Virus record (IMG/VR): IMGVR_UViG_3300029993_000005
Location: 124,001-188,000 of that record
Strand: one strand, 5' to 3'
Length of the DNA stretch: 64,000 nt
Made by a program: the position numbers and the translations under genes. Shown here one piece after another: positions 36,590 to 44,086 of the stretch. The notes under the pieces were generated by a model. That model was not told the origin of the DNA, did not search any database, and worked only from the letters and a program-made list of their open reading frames with translations. The first letter of the stretch is position 1. The number at the start of each line of letters is the position of its first letter.

Positions 36590-39500
36590 TTATGTTTCCA
36601 TGTTCAAACCGATCACAAACACCATGTAGTAGCCACCGACCGTATCCCACATAATGCCTAACACATCATTACCCGAGGCTGTTAAGGCTGGTGCTGTTCC
36701 ACCGGCAAACTGAGTACCCGAGGGCCAATTAATAGTTTGTGATCCGCCATTACCTATGCGAAGGAAAGCCACTTGTCCCGTTGAAGCCCCCAAAGTATTA
36801 GTGAAAGCAAACGTCGTTGTCCCGGTAACTGAAATTACCCACTCGCTTGCTAATCCTAAGTTCAATGTTTGTGTCCCGGACGTGGCTCCCAAATTAACTA
36901 CGCTGTAGCTGTATGCGGGACTCTGAACACGACCGGTAAATGACGGGCTGCTTAAGCTGGCCGGAGTGTATGTTAATGCTGTTGTAACATCAGAACTAGT
37001 CAGTGTAACAGCACCTGTTCTGGAATTAAAACTAGTTACACCAGCACCACTAACCGCAGCAGTAACAAAAGCCGTCGTTGCTACCTGAGTTGTGTTGGTA
37101 CCCGACGTAGCTGTTGGCGCTGTTGGAACTCCGGTTAACGCCGGACTAGCTAGAAGTGCACCGCCAGCGCCTGTGATGTCAGCACTACTCAGAGTTACTG
37201 TTCCTGAACGCGTATTGAACGATGTCACTGCAGATGCGCTTACTTGAGCCTGGACAAATGCTGTGGTTGCCAACTGGGTTGTATTCGTGCCTGTCGTGGC
37301 CGTCGGTGCGGTCGGCACACCTAATATACCTGGGCTTGTTGTTGGCAACGGTGTATAACCCAATGCGGTTATTACGTCACCCGAGACCAGACTTACAGCA
37401 CCAGTGCGCGTGTTGAAACTAGTTACTACACCAGAACTAATTGCAGCCTGGACAAAGGCCGTAGACGCAGCTTGTGTTGTTGACGTTCCTGTTGTTGCTG
37501 TAGGAACTGCTGGAACACCCGTGAATGTAGGACTAGCCAGTGGTGCTGTGGTTGCCGCATTAGCCGCTGTGTACCCTAGAGCTGATGCAATATCCGAACT
37601 AGTTAAGGTAACAGCACCAGTACGAGAATTAAAACTGGTAACTGCATTGCTAGAAAACGCACTGATCGAGGCATTCACAAAAGCCGTTGTTGCAAGCTGC
37701 GTCGTATTAACTCCAGTCGTAGCTGTCGGTGCCGTTGGTGTGCCAGTAAATGCGGGACTAGCTAATGGAGCAGTTGTTGCAGCATTTGCAGCGGTGTAGG
37801 TTAATGCGGTATTAACATCACTGGCAGTTAATACCACTGCACCAGTACGAGAATTAAAACTAGTTACACCACTAGCACTTGCGGCCACGACGGCATGAAC
37901 AAAAGCGGTTGTTGCCAATTGAGTGCTAGATGTTCCTGTACTAGCGGTTGGTGCCGATGGAACGCCCGTGAAAGTGGGTCCAGCCAATAGGGCACCGCCA
38001 GCATTTGAAATATCTGTGCTAGTTAGAGTTACAGCACCAGTACGAGAATTAAAGCTGGTGACTCCCGCAGGAATATCCGCAATTTGCGTATTTACATAGG
38101 ACTGCGTAGCATAGTTTGCATCATTAGTGAAGGCACTGACATTTGATGGAACAGTGGGGATCGTCGGTTTATTGCTAAGATCTGTGTATGACCCAGTTGA
38201 CGCAACGGTAGCCAAGCCCCCAATATCCGAAGTTGTTAAAACAACGGTTCCAACGCGTCCTGCAACCGACGTCACATCCGAAGTAGTGCCAGAGATGTGT
38301 TGCCATTGACCGCCATTGAACAGCGCTACATCGTTGACACTCCAGTCTGAGTTCCCGTCCAGATCGGTGGTGCCTGCAACACTTACTTTATAGAATTCAC
38401 CTAGAGTCCCTACACCTGAGGTCAAAGTCGGTGTGTTAGTCGCCGCGTTCCACACACCTTCGTAAGTTAGTCCGCCGGTAACACCTGAGAGTGCAGCTTC
38501 AACAAACGCAGTGGTAGCTAATTGGGTTGTGTTCGTGCCGTTTGCTGCCGTAGGACCAGAAGGAATTCCAGTGAATGTAGGACTAGAAATAGGTGCCACC
38601 AGCGATTGGTTGGCCGCCGTGTAACCCAGAGCCGTTGTTATGTCACCAGTGGTAAGAGTTACCGCGCCGGTCCGCCCGTTAAACGACAATACGTTGGCGG
38701 ACACACTAATTGTCCCATCGCTAGCGATAGTCGTACCAAAACCCTGTTTAACACCACCCAATACTGACGAGGTGGCGATGGGTAAACTATAGGGAGCACC
38801 AACACTAATTTCTCCGTTCAAAACAGAAATATTGGCACCAATGGTTACTCCACCCAGAACGGTGGACGTTGCTTCAGGTAATGTGTAGGGGTCATCAACG
38901 GAGATAACTCCATCATTTACTTGAATATTTTGACCAATAACTACACCACCTAGCGTAGACGTAGTGGCTTCCACTAGTTCATAAGGCGCACCAACACTAA
39001 TTGTTCCATCGCCAGCAACACTGACGTTGGCCCCAATCTTTACACCACCTAAAACAGAAGAAGTACTGACCGGAAGTGTATAAGAATTAACGCCTGAGAT
39101 CGTCCCGTCTGAGGCAATCTCAATATTGGCACCTTGTTTAACACCGCCAAGAACTACTGCGGTTGCAACAGGCAACGTGTAGCTAGCTGCATTGGCGCTT
39201 AGTACACCCTCGGCGGTGATCGTCAGGTTGTTCCCCACTATTACTTGACCCAATTGAACAGTGGTCGCAATAACCGGAGTCACAGCCGCTTCTAGTCCTG
39301 GAATATTTGCAATATTAATTTCAACATTGCCAAAACCGTCAGGCGTTTGGTCATTCACTGACGTTATGGTGCTATTCGAAGCAGTGATCGGATAAGCAGC
39401 CCACACTAAGCCTAGTCCCGGTTCAATAATTGAACCCGAAGTCCACAGGGTTCCGTTGCGCCAGAGTTTAGTTGTTGACGGAACAGTCACAGGTACACTT

Positions 39501-39754
39501 ACATCGAAATAAAGTTCTAATGGCGCACCGAAAACAATTCCTTCACATACGAATGTGTAGGGAAGTACGAACCGCCATTGAGAACCATCAAACAAATACA
39601 TACCCTGATCTTGACTACCTGAGGCAACAGGAAGCACTGCTACTTGGTCGGTGACTTGCTGAGGACTTGGCAGGCTAACGACCCATGGAGCATTAACAAT
39701 TGCCTGCTGGGTCCCCATATTGAGCGTTACTTGGTAATAGAAATTGCTTTCCAT
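36590..39754 (-). CDS. Long tail fibre with GVTSFNSRTGAV / APLASPTFTGVPTAPT repeats
   Basis: Repeats visible directly; LP.AT..VLGGV repeats; C-terminal INWPSGTQFAGGTAP domain. Confidence 0.85.
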   Translation of the reverse strand: MESNFYYQVTLNMGTQQAIVNAPWVVSLPSPQQVTDQVAVLPVASGSQDQGMYLFDGSQWRFVLPYTFVCEGIVFGAPLELYFDVSVPVTVPSTTKLWRNGTLWTSGSIIEPGLGLVWAAYPITASNSTITSVNDQTPDGFGNVEINIANIPGLEAAVTPVIATTVQLGQVIVGNNLTITAEGVLSANAASYTLPVATAVVLGGVKQGANIEIASDGTISGVNSYTLPVSTSSVLGGVKIGANVSVAGDGTISVGAPYELVEATTSTLGGVVIGQNIQVNDGVISVDDPYTLPEATSTVLGGVTIGANISVLNGEISVGAPYSLPIATSSVLGGVKQGFGTTIASDGTISVSANVLSFNGRTGAVTLTTGDITTALGYTAANQSLVAPISSPTFTGIPSGPTAANGTNTTQLATTAFVEAALSGVTGGLTYEGVWNAATNTPTLTSGVGTLGEFYKVSVAGTTDLDGNSDWSVNDVALFNGGQWQHISGTTSDVTSVAGRVGTVVLTTSDIGGLATVASTGSYTDLSNKPTIPTVPSNVSAFTNDANYATQSYVNTQIADIPAGVTSFNSRTGAVTLTSTDISNAGGALLAGPTFTGVPSAPTASTGTSSTQLATTAFVHAVVAASASGVTSFNSRTGAVVLTASDVNTALTYTAANAATTAPLASPAFTGTPTAPTATTGVNTTQLATTAFVNASISAFSSNAVTSFNSRTGAVTLTSSDIASALGYTAANAATTAPLASPTFTGVPAVPTATTGTSTTQAASTAFVQAAISSGVVTSFNTRTGAVSLVSGDVITALGYTPLPTTSPGILGVPTAPTATTGTNTTQLATTAFVQAQVSASAVTSFNTRSGTVTLSSADITGAGGALLASPALTGVPTAPTATSGTNTTQVATTAFVTAAVSGAGVTSFNSRTGAVTLTSSDVTTALTYTPASLSSPSFTGRVQSPAYSYSVVNLGATSGTQTLNLGLASEWVISVTGTTTFAFTNTLGASTGQVAFLRIGNGGSQTINWPSGTQFAGGTAPALTASGNDVLGIMWDTVGGYYMVFVIGLNMET
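37011..37177. repeat. 167-bp perfect repeat copy 1 (copy 2 at 44696-44862)
   Basis: Base-by-base identity GCACCTGTTC...GCCTGTGAT between two fibre genes. Confidence 0.9.
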
Positions 39755-39798
39755 GTCATGTCCTTAACTTTTATTTTGATTGATTTTTAATCACGATT

Positions 39799-40473
39799 TC
39801 ACCACTGCAGGCACGCATTCACTGCATTTAATACAGGTAGACGCAAAGGAACTGTGGAAGTACTGCCATTGATAATGTTTGTGGTGACCGTGAATTCATC
39901 AGCATCTGCATGCGCGTTCAGTCCATTAATATCCCAGAACCAACCGGCGCTTAAGAACGCATCAGTAGGCTGACCAACTAATTCTGGATTAGCTACAATA
40001 TGCCCATCGCCATACACCGATTTATCGTAAGCCGCATAATTGTTTCTGAACGTTAGATGGAAGCCACCGTGTCCACGGAAAGCCCAGCCATCACCAGAAT
40101 CAGCATCACCGTTGCCATTACGATTAGCATAGACAAGATTTGCCAGCTTCTGAGGATTGTTAATATAGTCAGGCGCGTAAGCATAATTTGTATGTGTAGG
40201 GTCCATAGTAAATCTGGAAGGCCAAACAGTAACCAAACGTTCAGGAGTGGTGTAATTCAAATTCTCCGACCAGAAGGTAAAACCTTGAGTTTCGTAAAGC
40301 GATTGAGCTACGAAATAACGGACACGTCGTGGCTCCTGATCAATTTGGAATCGGGCCATCGTCGCGTTGATAGCATCAGTTAGGGCTTGAACTTGATTCG
40401 GGTCCTGAGCTTGCTCCTGACCCACTTTCGGGGCTAGCTGTTGAAGTTGTATCGTTGTTATCGAAAACGGCAT
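39799..40473 (-). CDS. Endolysin, glycoside hydrolase family 19-like
   Basis: FVAQSLYETQGF..WSENLNY...DGWAFRGHG..HLT..NNY...SAGWFW...INGS; RBS GGAGGT before ATG 40473. Confidence 0.85.
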   Translation of the reverse strand: MPFSITTIQLQQLAPKVGQEQAQDPNQVQALTDAINATMARFQIDQEPRRVRYFVAQSLYETQGFTFWSENLNYTTPERLVTVWPSRFTMDPTHTNYAYAPDYINNPQKLANLVYANRNGNGDADSGDGWAFRGHGGFHLTFRNNYAAYDKSVYGDGHIVANPELVGQPTDAFLSAGWFWDINGLNAHADADEFTVTTNIINGSTSTVPLRLPVLNAVNACLQW

Positions 40474-40897
40474 TGTGACCTCCATCAATATATAAAAGAG
40501 CAATCGTGAAAGATTGCTCTGTGTAACGTATTGGATTTAATTTGTATTGAACAATCAGCGATACTGTGTACAGTCCATCCTCTAGGTCACCTGGAACCGT
40601 CACCTCATAGGCCATGTCTTTTACATCGTCTATGAGGAGTTCCGGGGACACAAGTTTATATTTTTTATTTTCAGATTGAATTATGGACCGCACGTACAAA
40701 GGTCCTGGTAAATCTTGAAGAGCAGGTGTCGGAATATAATTTTCCACTCCACCCTTGAACCTAACCATGGCTGATGGCTCTATATCTAACTGCGGTTGTT
40801 CTCTTATCCAATAGACAGTTGTCCCACCTATTGCTCCTAGCACGCTACATATTAAGGCCAGTGCCAGACTCAATAGAAACCCCTTACGTCTATTCAT
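40376..40897 (-). CDS. Bitopic membrane protein in lysis cassette (paralogue B)
   Basis: N-terminal TM; DGLYTVSLIVQYKLNPI. Confidence 0.6.
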   Translation of the reverse strand: MNRRKGFLLSLALALICSVLGAIGGTTVYWIREQPQLDIEPSAMVRFKGGVENYIPTPALQDLPGPLYVRSIIQSENKKYKLVSPELLIDDVKDMAYEVTVPGDLEDGLYTVSLIVQYKLNPIRYTEQSFTIALLYIDGGHNAVFDNNDTTSTASPESGSGASSGPESSSSPN

Positions 40898-41411
40898 TGC
40901 GCTGTACCTCAGTAACTTGAGGACTTGGACTTGACGTCACGAGTATTCGAGCTAATTGAATTCGTACATTGGCGGTTTTGATTGGATTTAATTTGTATTG
41001 AACATCAACACTAACGCTGTAAGTTCCTGGAGCTAGACTAGAAGGTATCCTAACTGATTGGGCACCCAAGTCCATATGTTGAGGATCTTTGACCCTAACA
41101 TCCGGATACACATAAGCGGTATCCCCGTAAGCATCAACCAACGTTACATGATAGACAGCCATAGACGTATCGGCTGTCAAATGAAAAGGATCAGCCAATT
41201 TTGCTGTTGCTCCGGCAGGAACATCTAGCGTAGTGACTGATCTTCGATCCAAATTATTTAGTGTTGGCTTCTGGGTGTACCAGAAAACACTGATGGCCAT
41301 CGCCGCCGGGACTATACACATAGAGGATACTGCAAAGGCTGTGTCTGCTATGTGGAAAGCTTTGACCACCAACGCATGTTTAGCTACTTTTGATGCGAGC
41401 GTGATTAACAC
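40890..41411 (-). CDS. Bitopic membrane protein in lysis cassette (paralogue A)
   Basis: TM near N-terminus; PGTYSVSVDVQYKLNPI. Confidence 0.6.
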   Translation of the reverse strand: MLITLASKVAKHALVVKAFHIADTAFAVSSMCIVPAAMAISVFWYTQKPTLNNLDRRSVTTLDVPAGATAKLADPFHLTADTSMAVYHVTLVDAYGDTAYVYPDVRVKDPQHMDLGAQSVRIPSSLAPGTYSVSVDVQYKLNPIKTANVRIQLARILVTSSPSPQVTEVQRNE

Positions 41412-41426
41412 GATTGCTCCTCCTTG

Positions 41427-41822
41427 CTATTCTATCTTTGGCGGTTCATTGCTGTTAATGATGATTGTGGTGTTTGCCGTAGCATTTGACTTGGAATTAG
41501 ACTTAGAGCTTGATCCATCCTCATCTTCAATGCCTAATCTTCTCTTGATGATGTTTTCAAATTCTTTCCAGGCTCTGTTGCCCATTAGGCCAGCAACCGC
41601 AATCAAAACCCCCATCAACGGACCCGTTGTGTTCGTCCATTCACAGAGCCAGAAAGTAACTAGTCCTGTGAATCCGCTTGTAACCACGTCTCGTGCAAAA
41701 CTAGCAGGGCTAAATTTGGAAGCACTATTTAAATACTTCACTGCCCCACCAGCACATGCAACACCAATTACCCATATATAAGTGACGAGACTGTAGCCGA
41801 ATGGGTCTTTGTCGCCAACCAT
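41427..41822 (-). CDS. Holin (LydA / holin_3_3-like, 3 TM)
   Basis: YIWVIGVACAGGAVKYL...VVTSGFTGLVTFWLCE...LIAVAGLMGNRA. Confidence 0.8.
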   Translation of the reverse strand: MVGDKDPFGYSLVTYIWVIGVACAGGAVKYLNSASKFSPASFARDVVTSGFTGLVTFWLCEWTNTTGPLMGVLIAVAGLMGNRAWKEFENIIKRRLGIEDEDGSSSKSNSKSNATANTTIIINSNEPPKIE

Positions 41823-41910
41823 AGGAACCCCTATTCGTTAACTGCTGCTATTTTGAGTTTTCGGATTTCTATTCTGCTGTAATTAAATTGGGGATTAGCC
41901 TAATTTTAGA

Positions 41911-41920
41911 TAGTAAATAA
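41911..41920 (+). promoter_or_regulatory. Candidate phage promoter motif TAGTAAATA (also 49613, 55772, 60390, and CAGTAAATA at 63568)
   Basis: Recurs in short intergenic gaps upstream of + strand genes. Confidence 0.45.
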
Positions 41921-41943
41921 GGGATACAAATGGAGAACCGCAA

Positions 41944-42252
41944 ATGAAATTCAACACTAACCAAGCCTCTATTTCCTGCTTGGTATCGGCTTCAGCCCAA
42001 GCTCAGAACACAGATGAAACATTGCTTCCAGTATTCAATCGAATACTTACGGAGGAAATTAAGTTTGCGACCGAAAACACAGAGTTAGACCAGTTGCTAC
42101 ATAGCGTCAATAAGAGAGTGGCTATTAGATTTGGACCTAGATTTTATGTGTGGACGGCTGACGCAGATACAGAACAACGAGCGTGCGACAATTCACAAGA
42201 ATTAGTATTGATCTTGGACTCGGTGAATCCCACCTCTTTTACCCTTCAGTGA
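41944..42252 (+). CDS. Hypothetical protein
   Basis: 102-aa ORF after TAGTAAATA motif. Confidence 0.5.
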   Translation: MKFNTNQASISCLVSASAQAQNTDETLLPVFNRILTEEIKFATENTELDQLLHSVNKRVAIRFGPRFYVWTADADTEQRACDNSQELVLILDSVNPTSFTLQ

Positions 42253-42283
42253 TCACTGACCAGTAACTACTGTTGATAAATTT

Positions 42284-43207
42284 ATGACCAATATAAAAAG
42301 AGAACGTCTGTTTGTAGTGGACGGTAATTGGGCCCTACACAAAGCAGCATCCACACTCCACACAAATCGTCCGATTGAGGATGCGCTCCCCTATCACCTG
42401 TTAGGTATCATAATTAAAGATGCACTGGCATTGCGCGCACCTTACTTGTGTGTTGCATTTGATGGACCCGATGTATTCAGGTACAAGGTCTATCCTGGAT
42501 ACAAGGCGAGCCGCAAATTAGGAAAGGCTAAGCGCAAGGCTGAAACAACCAAAAATAGTTCAGCTAGTGACAGAGCCGTCAACGAACTCTACAGTTATTT
42601 GCCATGTATCTATAAATTGTTTGACGAATTAGGCATCGTCTACTATCAACCGCCAACATTCGAAGCTGATGATGTACTGGCGTCTGTAGCTTTTAAATAT
42701 GGCGGCGTCCATGAGGTATTGATTGGCACCAAAGACAAAGATGCTAATCAATATTTGATGCCCCATGTACGATTGACCTACACGTACAGGGATAAAGATA
42801 AAAATACAAAACGGGTGTTTATTACGCATGACGATGTTGAAGCTAAATTTGGGTTACGCGCTGACCAAATGGTGGACTATCAAACATTGATTGGGGACAA
42901 GGGTGATGATGTTCCTGCAATCAAAGGCTTTAGTCCAGCTAGGGCAAAGAAAGTGCTGACCGAGTTCGGAACATTGTCCAACTGGTATAAGAAATCTACA
43001 GGTGACGAAAAAGCGTTCATCACGTCTCAATTAGAGAATTTGAGACGCAATAGAAAACTCGTTCATCTGGTGACTAATTGTCCACCACCGAACGAATTGA
43101 ACGAATGGAAAATCCCGAAGATTAAGCCAACAAATAAATGGTTAAGTCGCACCTATCACGAGTTCCATGCTATGTGCTGGCCTAAGTCTAAGGGACTCTT
43201 TGGTTGA
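42284..43207 (+). CDS. 5'-3' exonuclease / flap endonuclease (PolA 5'-nuclease / T4 RNase H-like)
   Basis: FVVDGN, AFDG...FRYKVYPGYKASR, FEADDVLAS, TKDKDANQ, LIGDKGDDVPAIKG. Confidence 0.92.
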   Translation: MTNIKRERLFVVDGNWALHKAASTLHTNRPIEDALPYHLLGIIIKDALALRAPYLCVAFDGPDVFRYKVYPGYKASRKLGKAKRKAETTKNSSASDRAVNELYSYLPCIYKLFDELGIVYYQPPTFEADDVLASVAFKYGGVHEVLIGTKDKDANQYLMPHVRLTYTYRDKDKNTKRVFITHDDVEAKFGLRADQMVDYQTLIGDKGDDVPAIKGFSPARAKKVLTEFGTLSNWYKKSTGDEKAFITSQLENLRRNRKLVHLVTNCPPPNELNEWKIPKIKPTNKWLSRTYHEFHAMCWPKSKGLFG

Positions 43208-44086
43208 TTACATATTGACACCCGAGCAGCCATCGCTAGCACCGGCACCCGCACGCAAGTTCCCAACCAGCGAACCTCCAACTGTAGTCACCCCGCTGGA
43301 GTAGGTGTAAGTAGATGTTGCTTGTGTGCCGGATGAGATGTTTCCTAAAGCAAATATACCTAATGTCGAATTACCGGCAGCAGCCCCTTCGTTACTTGTT
43401 GAACTTAGCGCTGTTCCCGCACCTACAGTATTGCCTGAGTAGGTGTATTTGTACGTAGTAGTGAGTGAGTCACCTCGCGCAAATATGCCGAACGTAGAAT
43501 CCCCAACAGCAGTACCGCTATCAACGAATAAGGTAAGTGCGGTACCTGTCGCCACAGTGTTACCTGAATAGGTGTACACATCGGTAGAGGTGAACGTACC
43601 ACCCTGAGCAAACACACCCAAAGTTGCGTTACCCGCTGCACCTCCGTAGTTAGCAGCAAATGTTAGATTTGTGCCAGCCGTCGTCGCGTTAGTACCCCAC
43701 GTGTACGTATTGGTTACATGCCCGGAGCTACCTAAAGAAAACACTCCAACAGTAGAATTTCCTGCAGCGGCACCCCCGTTCACTGTGGCGGTAAGAGATG
43801 TTGCTGGACTGACTATAGAAGCATAGTAGCTGTAGTTATAGCTAACGGTGCTTAAAGCAAATATACCGTTCGTGCTAGTACCTGCCGCCGCACCAGCGGT
43901 GCCCCCAGGACTTAAGGAACCACCGACAGCAGTTGTAGCTCCTGAGTAGAAATAGACATTGGTAACACTAGGTGCCTCAGTGCCCATTGCAAATACTGCC
44001 ATGGTTTGTGGAACACCACGGTCTCCAGGGAGAAGCGAAGCACTAGCACTTGCCAACAAAAGAAGCATTATGTCATTCATGTTCAA
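43208..44086 (-). CDS. Stand-alone repeat propeller-like adhesin/tip protein (paralogue of 35713..36588)
   Basis: AAGNSTLGIFALG...TYTYSGNTV..GT.L repeats; ATGA overlap with upstream fibre. Confidence 0.65.
   Translation of the reverse strand: MNMNDIMLLLLASASASLLPGDRGVPQTMAVFAMGTEAPSVTNVYFYSGATTAVGGSLSPGGTAGAAAGTSTNGIFALSTVSYNYSYYASIVSPATSLTATVNGGAAAGNSTVGVFSLGSSGHVTNTYTWGTNATTAGTNLTFAANYGGAAGNATLGVFAQGGTFTSTDVYTYSGNTVATGTALTLFVDSGTAVGDSTFGIFARGDSLTTTYKYTYSGNTVGAGTALSSTSNEGAAAGNSTLGIFALGNISSGTQATSTYTYSSGVTTVGGSLVGNLRAGAGASDGCSGVNM

Noticed and set aside
32131-44086. Diversity-generating retroelement acting on the repeated adhesin tips
   Set aside because: No reverse transcriptase in the window and no template/variable repeat pair differing only at adenines; the 167-bp repeat is fully identical.
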